A stretch of DNA of 64,000 nt from Flavobacteriales bacterium (GCA_002737705.1 NSIM01000009.1:559-64558); one strand, 5' to 3'. Numbered from the stretch's first letter, positions 17,338 through 27,086 are shown. Notes: generated by a model not told the origin, from the letters alone. Program-made: numbers and translations.

Positions 17338-18330
17338 ATGTACGGAAACGCATACATCGAAACAGACGGCAGCAAGGTACACAGTATCATTGCCGATGAA
17401 GATCCTATCAAATTGGCTTTATTTGAAGCACGCATTGCTGCAGGTGATAAAATCGAACCCAAAGATTGGATGCCCAAGGAATACCGAAAACAATTGATCC
17501 GGATGATCGAACAACACGGCCATTCTGAAATTATCGGATCATTGCCCGAAGGCACCTGGATTACCCGAGCCCCGGGTTTTCGCCGAAAATTGGCTTTGAT
17601 GGCCAAGGTACAGGACGAGGTTGGACATGCTCAATTGCTTTACAGTGCAGCAGAAACCTTGGGGAAAAGCCGCGAAGACATGACCAATGATTTAATCAAT
17701 GGTAAAAGCAAATACTCCAATGTATTTAATTATCCCGCCCCCACTTGGGCCGACAGCGCCATAATTGCTTGGTTGATTGATGCAGGGGCTATTGTAAACC
17801 AATTGGCCAATAGTAAGGGGTCTTATGGCCCCTACTGCAGGGCATTAGAACGCATTTGCGCCGAAGAATCCTTTCACCTTAAATACGGGCATGACAATGT
17901 GGTATTTTTGGCTACAGGCACTCCAATCCAGCGCCAAATGGTACAAAATGCATTGCACCGTTGGTGGGAGCCCATTATGCATTTTTTTGGTCCACCAGAC
18001 AAGTCCTCTCAACACAGTGAAATTTTGATGCGTTGGAAACTTAAAATGGGGAGCAATGATTCGATGCGACAAACTTTCTTGGCCATGTATGTTCCAAAAA
18101 TTTGGGACTTGGGCCTCACCCTTCCTGATCCCAACTTACGCAAAAATGAAGAATCTGGATTTTGGGAATACACAGAGCCAAACTGGGAAGTTTTCAAGCA
18201 GGTCATTAATGGCAATGGCCCCTGTAACAAGGAGCGATTGGCCGTTCGACGCATGGCCGAAGAAAAAGGTCGATGGGTGCGCAAGGCATTGATGAACCAA
18301 GGCGCGATGTATGTAAGTCCATTATCATAA
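17338..18330 (+). CDS. paaA: 1,2-phenylacetyl-CoA epoxidase catalytic subunit A
   Basis: 330 aa. It has the diiron-oxygenase PaaA pattern: [41 protein letters not shown] and EESFHLKYG. Confidence 0.92.
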   Translation: MYGNAYIETDGSKVHSIIADEDPIKLALFEARIAAGDKIEPKDWMPKEYRKQLIRMIEQHGHSEIIGSLPEGTWITRAPGFRRKLALMAKVQDEVGHAQLLYSAAETLGKSREDMTNDLINGKSKYSNVFNYPAPTWADSAIIAWLIDAGAIVNQLANSKGSYGPYCRALERICAEESFHLKYGHDNVVFLATGTPIQRQMVQNALHRWWEPIMHFFGPPDKSSQHSEILMRWKLKMGSNDSMRQTFLAMYVPKIWDLGLTLPDPNLRKNEESGFWEYTEPNWEVFKQVINGNGPCNKERLAVRRMAEEKGRWVRKALMNQGAMYVSPLS

Positions 18331-18352
18331 TGAAACAATTCAGTGTAAAACC

Positions 18353-18727
18353 ATGATTATTCAATCATTAGATCCCAGAATTTCTCGTGCAAGACTCGAC
18401 GATCAATCTTGCGACGGACAACTAAGCGAACACGAACACTTTGAGACCTTTGAAGTCTTCCAACAGGTAAAACGAGGGACACACCACCAGCACGTCGGCA
18501 GTTTGCACGCACCCAATCCTGAAATGGCGATCTTGTTTGCAAAAGAGCAGTATTGTCGCCGTGGAAAATCTGTTAATCTCTGGGTAGTCAAAACATCCGA
18601 CGTATTTGTTACCGATTATGAAGATGCCGACATATTTGAAACTACTGAAGACAAAAAATACCGCGACCCTGAAGCCTATAAGGTAATGGACCGCATCAAC
18701 GCATACAAAGCCCGATTGAACCCTTAA
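18353..18727 (+). CDS. paaB: 1,2-phenylacetyl-CoA epoxidase subunit B
   Basis: 124 aa. The core FEVFQQVKRGTHHQHVGSLHAPNPEMAILFAKEQYCRRGKSVNLWVVKTSDV parallels E. coli PaaB (YEVFVRGKQGLSHRHVGSLHA...). It carries an N-terminal extension of about 30 aa relative to the 95-aa E. coli protein. Confidence 0.85.
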   Translation: MIIQSLDPRISRARLDDQSCDGQLSEHEHFETFEVFQQVKRGTHHQHVGSLHAPNPEMAILFAKEQYCRRGKSVNLWVVKTSDVFVTDYEDADIFETTEDKKYRDPEAYKVMDRINAYKARLNP

Positions 18728-18737
18728 TATATTCACG

Positions 18738-19508
18738 ATGGAATTTACACAAAAACACGTTTTGGGCCTCAAAGAGCTCCTTTATAAAATGGCAGATGAC
18801 CAACTCATTCTTGGCCATAGAAACAGCGAATGGACAGGTTTGGGACCAATGTTGGAAGAAGATATTTCTTTCAGCAGCATGGCACAAGACAAAATTGGCC
18901 AGTCATTGGCATTGTTTGAACTGCTGCAAGAATTGGGTGAAAGCGACCCTGACACAGTTGCATTTACCCGCAATGACAATCAATTTCATTGCTCTCAGTT
19001 TGTAGAATTGCCTATCGGTGGATACGATTTTTCCTTGGTACGGCATTTCTTCTTCGATCATGCTGAAGCCATTCGATTTGAGATGTTGGCTGATACAGTT
19101 TTCGAACCTCTGGCAATGGTTGCCAAAAAATTCAAAGGCGAAATTAAATACCATACTATGCATGCCGATATTTTCATGAAAAAATTGGCCGAGGGAGGGC
19201 CTGAAAGTTATGGACTCATCCAACAGGCAATTAACGACAATTTCGGATTGGCACTGGGCATATTCGAGCCCGGAGAGTATGAATCTGAATTGATCGAGGC
19301 TGGTATTTTTGGTGGCGAGAACGCACTTCAAAGCCGTTGGTTGGCAAAAGTCGTTCCTTTGTTGGAATCCTTTGGATACACAGTTCCAAAAGTAGAAAAT
19401 ACCGCCCCTGCCCTGGGAGGGAGAAAAGGTATTCACACCCATCACCTTCAACCTTTACTCGATGAAATGACCGAAGTATTTAGCATTGATCCCGGTGCTG
19501 ATTGGTAA
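18738..19508 (+). CDS. paaC: 1,2-phenylacetyl-CoA epoxidase subunit C
   Basis: 256 aa. Its position is between paaB and paaD. It has a ferritin-like helical pattern (LADDQLILGHRNSEWTGLGPMLEEDISFSSMAQDKIGQ). Confidence 0.85.
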   Translation: MEFTQKHVLGLKELLYKMADDQLILGHRNSEWTGLGPMLEEDISFSSMAQDKIGQSLALFELLQELGESDPDTVAFTRNDNQFHCSQFVELPIGGYDFSLVRHFFFDHAEAIRFEMLADTVFEPLAMVAKKFKGEIKYHTMHADIFMKKLAEGGPESYGLIQQAINDNFGLALGIFEPGEYESELIEAGIFGGENALQSRWLAKVVPLLESFGYTVPKVENTAPALGGRKGIHTHHLQPLLDEMTEVFSIDPGADW

Positions 19509-19715
19509 GATGTTGTTACAATTCAACCTTAACAACCAAAAACGCGTTCAGTCGATCCAAGTACGCGTTGTATCGTTCAAAAAATTCATTACAGTCTACC
19601 AACCCGATCATGGCGCCATCTATACATATTCTTTCTGGTCTTTTACGAAAGGTATTTTTCTCATAAATTTCAAACCCTTGGCACTGTAACACCTTCATAA
19701 TCCTATTCAGAACCA

Positions 19716-20195
19716 ATGAAAAACACGATAAAAGCGCTACTCGAAACCATAATGGATCCTGAAATACCGACCATTTCCATCGTAGACCTGGGAATCGTAA
19801 CGCGCATCGAATCTAACGGCAAAAAACAAGTACGGGTAGAACTTACCCCCACATTTAGTGGCTGCCCTGCCTTGAAAATAATGGAACAGTTGGTAACCGA
19901 CAAACTCGTAGAACATGGATACACCGACATTGAGGTAAAAACAAGCTTTAACAAACAATGGAATACCAATATGATTAGCGAAAAAGGTTTGGCTGCATTA
20001 AAAAAACATGGCTTGGCACCGCCAGCCAAACACAAAGGATACATCGAATTGGACGTGCTCAGCGACACCCCCTGCCCCTATTGCAACTCAAGAAATACAG
20101 AATTACAATCACCATTTGGCCCGACACTGTGTAGAAGCATGCATTATTGCAAAAACTGTCTCAACGCTTTTGAGGGATTTAAACCACTTGTCTAA
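19716..20195 (+). CDS. paaD: Phenylacetate-CoA oxygenase subunit PaaD (DUF59 domain plus C-terminal Cys4 finger)
   Basis: 159 aa. The DUF59 block is LLETIMDPEIPTISIVDLGIV...TPTFSGCPA. The C-terminal cysteines are CPYCNS...CKNC. Confidence 0.85.
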   Translation: MKNTIKALLETIMDPEIPTISIVDLGIVTRIESNGKKQVRVELTPTFSGCPALKIMEQLVTDKLVEHGYTDIEVKTSFNKQWNTNMISEKGLAALKKHGLAPPAKHKGYIELDVLSDTPCPYCNSRNTELQSPFGPTLCRSMHYCKNCLNAFEGFKPLV

Positions 20196-20349
20196 AAAGT
20201 AATTGCCAGGGAGGAGATACCCAGAGACTTGTTTTCCTTTGACAATCTTTGCGATGGTTTGCGATGATTTGGGCGCACACGACAATTTTTGGTGTTCAGT
20301 GAGCCAGAACCATGAGGAGAAATAAGGGAAATTGTTATTGGAAATATCC

Positions 20350-22002
20350 TTACCCAGAAACCACCAGCAATACTTGCTTTGAATCTTGCCCAAGACCTTG
20401 TGTTTTGAGTATAAAAACCCCCATAGGCAGCGTAAAAGGCAAATGAATCAGTTCATTTGTGGGTGATTCTCCTTGCATGATCACCCTTCCTCCCCCATCA
20501 TATATTACCCAGTCGACAACAACTGAAATAGGATATCCAATCGTAAAAGCATTGCCGAGAAACGGATTTGGGAAAACAATGGGCCTAATATGAGACTCCA
20601 AGGTTTCAACCGCGTAGTTTGGCTCGACTGATGAACACCAAGAATCCATCTTCTGCCAAGTGCCATAAGATTGTAACACGCCTTCACTGACCGTCTTTTT
20701 TGTAAAACTTGCATTTTTTTCGGCCGAGGACAAGATCCAGTTTCGGAGCAATTGTATCGCAGAATCGGGGTTGGATTTGATCAGTGAAAGGTATGATTTA
20801 CACACGACGTTGTATATCCAAGCAATGGTTCCACTGACTTGCGGTGCAGCAAATGAAGTACCCGATTGAAAATGATAGGGCAAGGAACGATTCGAAGCAT
20901 AAGGCATGAGGGTATACACTGGCTCTGCAGGGGCTGATATGTCAACGGAAATATTCCCATATCCACTCCCTACCCTCTGTTTATCCATATTTGCATTGGC
21001 GACAACAATAAGTGCATTGGAAGAACACAAGCTGGGAATATCTCCCTTAACCTCAATATCTATATTGGAATTTGTGACAGCACCCGCCGAAACGATACCC
21101 ACTGAACCCAAAGAATCAAACAATGAACACCAAATTGGTGTTTCGTTGGGAAAAGTATTGTCTATGCCTACAGACATATTCAATGCAACGATATTGGCTC
21201 CCTGAATACCCTTTGATTTGATCCACAATTTCTTTTGTCGAAAGGCATACAACATACACCGAATTACCCCGACTTCCCCGCTGCTTCCATTGGTTGAATA
21301 GCAAAGTAATGGCATCAATTTTATATACCAATTGATTCCACTAATGCCTAATTTATTGTTTCCGCGTGCACCCAGAACTCCCGATACAGCGGTTCCATGA
21401 CCATAAAGAAGCGATTCTGAATTGAATACCAAGGCCGAAGAATCTCCCCCATTCCAGCCCCAGTAATCATCGGTATACCCATTGCCATCATCGTCTTTTC
21501 CATTCCAAGGAATTTCTGAGCGATTTACCCACCGATTTTCTTTTAAATCGGGATGCGAGGTATCCATACCATCATCCACAATGGCAACAACCAGGGTATC
21601 TCCATTGCGATCAATCCCTCCGCGACCATAATCCCAACAGCGGGGCATCTGAATCACCGAAAAAAACTTTTGTTCCGAAAAAAGCGAATCGTTGGGCGTT
21701 GAACTACGCCGTGACAATTCATGCCGAACCTGAACCTTTGCCGAATAACCCGCAAGGGCAAATTGCAACAAAAAAGCGTCTAATTCTCTCACTGTTGCGA
21801 CAGATTCAAACAATCCAAATTCTATATCAATGGCCTTGATATTGCCCTGAGAAATAGATTTAAATACCTGTAATAAGGGCAAAACAGCTTGCTTTTCGAT
21901 AGGTTTAAATTGAATCAGCCAATGATTGCTTTCGGCAGGAGATTGCGCCATTGCCAAAGAAAACGCCGTTAGGATCAATATCAATAGTAATGGCTTACGC
22001 AT
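20350..22002 (-). CDS. S8 family (subtilisin-like) serine peptidase with T9SS C-terminal sorting domain
   Basis: Track ORF (TTG 22017) trimmed to ATG 22002 (MRKPLLLILILTAFSLAMAQ signal peptide). The catalytic triad blocks are VAIVDDGMDTSHPDL, HGTAVSGVLGA and GTSFAAPQVSGTIAW. The C-terminal ~80 aa (VFPNPFLGNAFTIGY...VFILKTQG...) resembles a T9SS type A CTD. Confidence 0.88.
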   Translation of the reverse strand: MRKPLLLILILTAFSLAMAQSPAESNHWLIQFKPIEKQAVLPLLQVFKSISQGNIKAIDIEFGLFESVATVRELDAFLLQFALAGYSAKVQVRHELSRRSSTPNDSLFSEQKFFSVIQMPRCWDYGRGGIDRNGDTLVVAIVDDGMDTSHPDLKENRWVNRSEIPWNGKDDDGNGYTDDYWGWNGGDSSALVFNSESLLYGHGTAVSGVLGARGNNKLGISGINWYIKLMPLLCYSTNGSSGEVGVIRCMLYAFRQKKLWIKSKGIQGANIVALNMSVGIDNTFPNETPIWCSLFDSLGSVGIVSAGAVTNSNIDIEVKGDIPSLCSSNALIVVANANMDKQRVGSGYGNISVDISAPAEPVYTLMPYASNRSLPYHFQSGTSFAAPQVSGTIAWIYNVVCKSYLSLIKSNPDSAIQLLRNWILSSAEKNASFTKKTVSEGVLQSYGTWQKMDSWCSSVEPNYAVETLESHIRPIVFPNPFLGNAFTIGYPISVVVDWVIYDGGGRVIMQGESPTNELIHLPFTLPMGVFILKTQGLGQDSKQVLLVVSG

Positions 22003-22054
22003 ATTCTTCAATTCCAAGGCACTAATACCGAAAGGGTCTTTTATTCTATTATTT

Positions 22055-23791
22055 TTACGTGCCCAATACCTCGGTTGGAACAGGACTTTTTACTCCAGTT
22101 TTGGATTTGTTTTCCCTCGCTTTTACTTTTAACAAGTAATCGTCCCAGCGCTTCTTAATATCGATTGTTGCTTGGTCAGTTGGGCTTGTCTCCAATACCT
22201 TTCCATAATAATAACTGGTTTTTTCGTACTCTTTTTTCTTCTGGGCAAAATAGGCCATGTTGCGGTAAGCGTTTTCGATATCTATGGCAAACTTTCGCTG
22301 TTGGAGGGAATCCAATTTGCCAATCCAACGTTCAAATGCACGGCTTACATTTCCAGAAGAATCTATGGGATCGATGGCATTCCAGGTAGTTGCAATTAAA
22401 TAATAGCCCGATATATAGTTTGAATCGTTTGCAATTATTTCACTGTAAATTTTTAATGCTTCAGGATTCATATTCATGAACGCCAAACACCGCCCCTCAT
22501 AGTATAAATCACGGGAATTTAATATACCGGATTGTTTTTTGCGTTTCAACTCAAGAACCCCATAAGCTTGCTGATAGCTTTTGGCATTAAAATACATATC
22601 TTGAACCCGTTGATACAAATTAATATTGGTACGTGAGGTGTCTTCCAACACCGGGCGAAGCAATCCAAAACTTGCAAAAGACATCATTGATTTAATGGTG
22701 TCGTTGCCAGAAGCAATGCCTGATTTAAACATCAAAATTGCCTTGATATAATTTTCAGAACCCAACAATTCCCTACCCTGTGCTTGCACATAGAGTGCTT
22801 CATAATTTGAGAAATAATATTGCAGAGCAGAATCAACGAGCGATTTGCTGACCTTTTCTTTTTCTGCAATTGCATATGCTATCACACCATAAACATTGGG
22901 AATTTGCTTTTCGGCAAGCAATTTATTGCCCTCAACAATACAGAGGTCAAAATCACCATTCAGGTAAAGCGATTGAACAAAAAATTTGCGTGCACTAAGA
23001 TTGTTGTTTCTACGCAAGTATTCTTGGTAATAATACACCGCCGAATCTCGCTCCTTCATCAATGAGAACACCTCAGCTTTTTGACGATATGCGGGAGCAA
23101 AATTCACGTCAACAAACAAGGCCTCCTCCAATTTAGTGATAGCCAACGCATAGGCAGAAGCACGCGAATACACTTTTGCTTGCCGAATAAGGGGTCTAGG
23201 ATCATCGGCTCCATCATAGCTTGCGATGATGTATTGCTGTATTGCTTCAGAGGAATTTGATGGATTGGAAATAACCATCGCGTCGCCCAATAATATTTTA
23301 GATTCAAAATCATTGGTACTTAACTTAATATAATCCATTGCACGGACAGCATAGGTCTTTAATTGCGTGGGAGTTCCGAATTCTACGAGCAAATACGCCC
23401 TCGCAATTTCTTTGTTGATGAGGGGTCTTAGTTTCTTTTTTGTTGCAGCGGCGAGAATAAAAAAAGTTTCTGCCGATTGAACATTGTGGCGACGGAGTTG
23501 TAGGTGGCCCTTGCCCACCAAATTTATTGCAGATTTTGGTGCTTTGGCCAAACCGTCATTGAACATTTGAACCGCTTTTAATGAATCTCCCTTTGCGAGA
23601 TAATTCAATCCGGCATAATAATAATAATCTCCAAAATTGGGCTTCTTTAAAATTAAATTCGAAAATACTTTCTCAGCATTTTCATATTCTTCATTTCGGG
23701 TATACCGCAACCCATCAGACAAAGATTGAGATGAAACATCTGTTATCAAACAAAAGCAACACAAGACAATACCAAAGGAGATTTTTTTCAT
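22055..23791 (-). CDS. Tetratricopeptide-repeat protein, secreted
   Basis: Track ORF (TTG 23800) trimmed to ATG 23791 (MKKISFGIVLCCFCLITDVSSQS signal peptide). It has multiple TPR-like units (e.g. YENAEKVFSNLILKKPNFGDYYYYAGLNYLAKGDSLKAVQMFNDGL). Confidence 0.8.
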   Translation of the reverse strand: MKKISFGIVLCCFCLITDVSSQSLSDGLRYTRNEEYENAEKVFSNLILKKPNFGDYYYYAGLNYLAKGDSLKAVQMFNDGLAKAPKSAINLVGKGHLQLRRHNVQSAETFFILAAATKKKLRPLINKEIARAYLLVEFGTPTQLKTYAVRAMDYIKLSTNDFESKILLGDAMVISNPSNSSEAIQQYIIASYDGADDPRPLIRQAKVYSRASAYALAITKLEEALFVDVNFAPAYRQKAEVFSLMKERDSAVYYYQEYLRRNNNLSARKFFVQSLYLNGDFDLCIVEGNKLLAEKQIPNVYGVIAYAIAEKEKVSKSLVDSALQYYFSNYEALYVQAQGRELLGSENYIKAILMFKSGIASGNDTIKSMMSFASFGLLRPVLEDTSRTNINLYQRVQDMYFNAKSYQQAYGVLELKRKKQSGILNSRDLYYEGRCLAFMNMNPEALKIYSEIIANDSNYISGYYLIATTWNAIDPIDSSGNVSRAFERWIGKLDSLQQRKFAIDIENAYRNMAYFAQKKKEYEKTSYYYGKVLETSPTDQATIDIKKRWDDYLLKVKARENKSKTGVKSPVPTEVLGT

Positions 23792-23860
23792 TTTATACAA
23801 AAAAACTACGTAAATGTTATAGTTGTATTAATTTTATCAAAAAATATTCCAATTGGCTGA

Positions 23861-24799
23861 TTAATTTTCTAACCGAATGGTTCGTGCTGGTGGCGAAATG
23901 GGAGAAAGTCCACATTTTTTGACAATGATTTGGCCTCCTTGATCGCAACAAAAAGACAAAAATCCTGCAGCCAATCCATTGTATCCTTGCAAATCGTAGC
24001 CCATCACAGGAGAAACAAATGGATACTGTTTGGCGCATACTTGAGATTGATAAGGCAAATGAAATTCATGGGTTTTGTCATTTTCTACTGCCAATACCTT
24101 TACAGAATGTCTGAGGTGTTTTGCCAAAGTGTCTCCACGGTCTGCAATCCAATTCAATCCTACAAATCCCAAAGCGCCAGGATGAGATTGAACGTATGCG
24201 AAAATTGCAAGCGGATTATCGCATTGTATCACCCGTTTTATACGCAACACTGTCGACCCATATTTTCCTTGTTTTCGCATCCAATCAGTAAAATTGTTGA
24301 ATGCCAAATCATTTTTTAAAAAAACACATTCTATGGGAATTGAAAGACCTTTCCATCCAATTTGTTCTCCCAGCAAAATACGAGAAAGGGTATCACTGGA
24401 AAGTCGGTTATTAGGATTTCTCTTGTGCACAATAAATGCAGTCGATGTTTCGGCCAAGGCATGAAAACGTACCTTGATATTTCTGGATTCCAATTCCTTG
24501 ATTGTTTGCGTGTCATATTGATAATTGAAAAACATCGCATGTAACTTTTTGTCTCTTACAGCCGCCAATATTTGATAGGGCTGCATAAACAAAGGAGCTA
24601 TATGGGTTTGGGGATACAATTCCTGAAATCGATCGATGAGTTGAACAAACATCAAACTATCATTGACATCAAATGCGATAGACAATTCCCCCTTTGTGGG
24701 TATATCATTCCCCTGACCTTTGTGCTCTAAATCGAGGCAAGCACTAACAAATACAGAGACAAAAAATATCGATACTACAAACAATTTGCCTTTTCTCAT
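23861..24799 (-). CDS. PstS-family (PBP-like type 2) substrate-binding lipoprotein
   Basis: Track ORF 23861..24970 trimmed to ATG 24799. MRKGKLFVVSIFFVSVFVSACLD is a lipoprotein signal with a Cys lipobox. GALGFVGLNWI and related blocks resemble the phosphate-binding-protein-like fold. No ABC permease or ATPase gene is adjacent. Confidence 0.7.
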   Translation of the reverse strand: MRKGKLFVVSIFFVSVFVSACLDLEHKGQGNDIPTKGELSIAFDVNDSLMFVQLIDRFQELYPQTHIAPLFMQPYQILAAVRDKKLHAMFFNYQYDTQTIKELESRNIKVRFHALAETSTAFIVHKRNPNNRLSSDTLSRILLGEQIGWKGLSIPIECVFLKNDLAFNNFTDWMRKQGKYGSTVLRIKRVIQCDNPLAIFAYVQSHPGALGFVGLNWIADRGDTLAKHLRHSVKVLAVENDKTHEFHLPYQSQVCAKQYPFVSPVMGYDLQGYNGLAAGFLSFCCDQGGQIIVKKCGLSPISPPARTIRLEN

Positions 24800-24987
24800 T
24801 GTCGATTTTTTTTCCAAATTAGATACCCATTTAGTGCACGGAATAGGCCCCATGTCAACATAAATAAAACAATTGGCCAACGGCCATATCCCCACACATC
24901 TATGTCTTCTTTGAGGTAAAACACAAGGCCAAATGACCAAAAGGCCAGGGCCGAAATCCAATGATACCAATGGTTGGTTTTGAACAC
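24796..24987 (-). CDS. Small Trp-rich two-TM membrane protein (hypothetical)
   Basis: 63-aa ORF with a GTG start. Its stop overlaps the ATG of the PstS-like gene in an ATGA junction (24796-24799), which suggests translational coupling. It has two hydrophobic segments (WYHWISALAFWSFGLVFYL and WPIVLFMLTWGLF). No family was recognised. Confidence 0.4.
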   Translation of the reverse strand: MFKTNHWYHWISALAFWSFGLVFYLKEDIDVWGYGRWPIVLFMLTWGLFRALNGYLIWKKNRQ

Positions 24988-25006
24988 CCTACAAAAATAA
25001 ACGAAA

Positions 25007-25034
25007 AGGGGCCCACAATGTTTTGCAGACCCCT
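25007..25034 (-). terminator. Rho-independent terminator downstream of the BNR/T9SS gene
   Basis: The minus-strand RNA aggggucugcaa-aaca-uugugggccccu forms a ~12-bp stem (2-3 G-U pairs) with a tetraloop. It is followed by uuuucguuuauuuuu and lies 40 nt after the stop at 25075. Confidence 0.7.
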
Positions 25035-25074
25035 AAATTCCAAGAAATTTTGGAAACAAAAAATTTGTATTTTA

Positions 25075-27012
25075 TTATTTAACCATCATGGTTTTGCTCA
25101 CGCTACTTGCGCCCGCAATCAGGGTATAGGTGTATACGCCCGAGGATAGACCATCGGAATTGATTACAAGCTCATGGTTACCAATATATAAATTGGCATA
25201 ATTTTGAGTTTTAACCAATGCTCCCAATGCATTGCGAACTTCAAGATTTATATCTCCAGGTTTTGTTAAGTATATCAAAACGGTGGTATTATTGGAAAAA
25301 GGATTGGGGTAATTTTGATTGACAACCATGACTTTGCCTGTATTGGGCTCATCTACGCCAACACCCCATAACATTCCAATGCTGCCATTTAATATTTCAG
25401 AAACTGGTATGGCTTGGTAATTGATCAAATTTAACACAACAGGGTGGTTGCCAAATGAGGGCGAGTTGTTCTGAAGATTTGTTCCTGCAATTTCGTCCTG
25501 CTGCCATAACACATGCAAAAACCCGTTGGCCACCCGGCAAGTTGAGGCAAAATCGTCTTCCTTGCCCAATACCTGGGTTATATTTTGAGGCAGACTCCAA
25601 GTAACACCCCCATCGGTTGAGTACACCAAACCAATATCACGAAAATTGGCACCCAAATCTGAGATGTCCTGCTCTATGGGTACGCTAAAAATACAATACA
25701 AGTTGCCATTGGCATCCATGGCAGATGCGGGTTGACGCATGGCAGAGGTACTGCTTAAACGCGCTACCGTGCTCAAACCTGAGGGCACATTTCCGCCAGA
25801 CAGTGCAGCAGTGGTTGCTTGCTCCAGGTTGTTAAATCCACTTTCGTCTCGGTCAAATTGGTTTCCTGAGGCAATTAAAGTTGTTTTGTTTGTGGCTTCA
25901 GACCAGTGCACGATTGCTTGCATTCCAGGATAGAAACTATAACTTTGGTCTGATGTATCTGAATCTATGACACGACTCAATCCCCAAAACACATGCAATT
26001 TATTATTGTTGTCAATGATCACATCCACTGTACCGTCATTGGTGTAGGGGGTGTCAAGCATTTCAACTTTTCCAGTCCAAGGGGCATATTTAAAAGTGTC
26101 TACAATGATGCGTTGCCAATTGTTACCAGTATCTGTGCTTTTCCATGCAATTACACCTTGTAACAAATCGCCATTCACAATGGCAACAGTATTTCCCTTG
26201 ACATCGATGCTGTATTGATCTGCACCCCCGTTGTTGGTTAGGGTGCTGTCATAATCGGGCATCATCACGTGCTGCTTATCCCAAGTAGAACCGCCATCTT
26301 TTGAACGGCTGTAAACCATGGGGGCAAAAATGCCTTTCCTTTCCGGTGCACGTGATTCACCAGGAGATGCTGAATCTGTGTAAGAGCAAATCAAATGAAT
26401 CACATCTCCATTGTTGGCAGTCCTCGCCCAAATGGGTTTATACGGGGTTTCTTTCAAAATACTGGTCACTGATGAAGGCCTTGAAGAAGCTGAATTGCTT
26501 TTTGTCATGTAAAATCCACCATTGGTTGCATCATGACCTATGGTAAATACACTCCCATTTGACAAAACGCCCACATTGGCCCATCCTGTACGAACATTTT
26601 CAACTGAACTACTATCTGATTTGTTCCATTTTGCGGCTGCATTGCGATAATTGTACCCCGAACCACGACCTGGAAATCCTTGGGCATCAGAAGTAGAAGT
26701 TGTCCAAACTGCAGACATTCCACCATTGGCATGTATTGCCAATCGATGCGGCATGGCCCCATTGGATTGCAAATCATAATAGGTAGAGCCTATTCGAATA
26801 AAATCTTTGTAATTAGCACCACGTGCAGAAAGCAATTTTTTTGTTTTGTGTGAAACACCAAATCCACCATTGTCAGATTTGTCAATGACAATATTTAAAT
26901 TTGTAATCGTCTCAACTCTTCCCTGATTGGCAGTTACAGAAGACAAAGTGACTTGTGCCGTTGCTAAAACAGCTGAAAGCAATGTGACTGAAAGCAAGAA
27001 TTGTTTTTTCAT
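25075..27012 (-). CDS. BNR/Asp-box repeat (sialidase-fold-like) secreted protein with T9SS C-terminal sorting domain
   Basis: 645 aa with signal peptide MKKQFLLSVTLLSAVLATAQ. It has three Asp-box motifs (SKDGGSTWD, STDTGNNWQ, STDGGVTWS). The C-terminus is NQNYPNPFSNNTTVLIYL...GVYTYTLIAGASSVSKTMMVK, typical of a T9SS type A CTD. Confidence 0.8.
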   Translation of the reverse strand: MKKQFLLSVTLLSAVLATAQVTLSSVTANQGRVETITNLNIVIDKSDNGGFGVSHKTKKLLSARGANYKDFIRIGSTYYDLQSNGAMPHRLAIHANGGMSAVWTTSTSDAQGFPGRGSGYNYRNAAAKWNKSDSSSVENVRTGWANVGVLSNGSVFTIGHDATNGGFYMTKSNSASSRPSSVTSILKETPYKPIWARTANNGDVIHLICSYTDSASPGESRAPERKGIFAPMVYSRSKDGGSTWDKQHVMMPDYDSTLTNNGGADQYSIDVKGNTVAIVNGDLLQGVIAWKSTDTGNNWQRIIVDTFKYAPWTGKVEMLDTPYTNDGTVDVIIDNNNKLHVFWGLSRVIDSDTSDQSYSFYPGMQAIVHWSEATNKTTLIASGNQFDRDESGFNNLEQATTAALSGGNVPSGLSTVARLSSTSAMRQPASAMDANGNLYCIFSVPIEQDISDLGANFRDIGLVYSTDGGVTWSLPQNITQVLGKEDDFASTCRVANGFLHVLWQQDEIAGTNLQNNSPSFGNHPVVLNLINYQAIPVSEILNGSIGMLWGVGVDEPNTGKVMVVNQNYPNPFSNNTTVLIYLTKPGDINLEVRNALGALVKTQNYANLYIGNHELVINSDGLSSGVYTYTLIAGASSVSKTMMVK

Positions 27013-27086
27013 TTATTGCTATTTTATTTTTAAATACGTAATATTTCAAATATCGGAAATAATAACAAATAAACAATAAAAATAAT

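Noticed and set aside
18903-19451. Long antisense ORFs inside well-supported genes. Examples are 182 aa opposite paaC, 150 aa at 13976-14428 opposite pruA, 151 aa at 54068-54523 opposite rho, 151 aa at 42680-43135, and 135 aa at 5645-6052.
   Set aside because: They are shadow ORFs on the strand opposite genes with strong family motifs. No motifs or signal sequences were recognised, and each overlaps its host gene completely.
20248-20277. A 10-bp unit repeated about 2.5 times (tttgcgatgg tttgcgatga tttgggcgca) in the paaD/S8 convergent spacer.
   Set aside because: It is too short and degenerate to interpret. It sits between two gene 3' ends where slippage relics are common.
24800-24970. Extension of the PstS-like ORF to 24970.
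   Set aside because: The extra 57 residues are Cys/Trp/Pro-rich nonsense that precede a textbook lipoprotein signal starting at ATG 24799. The region is better explained by the separate 63-aa ORF in another frame.
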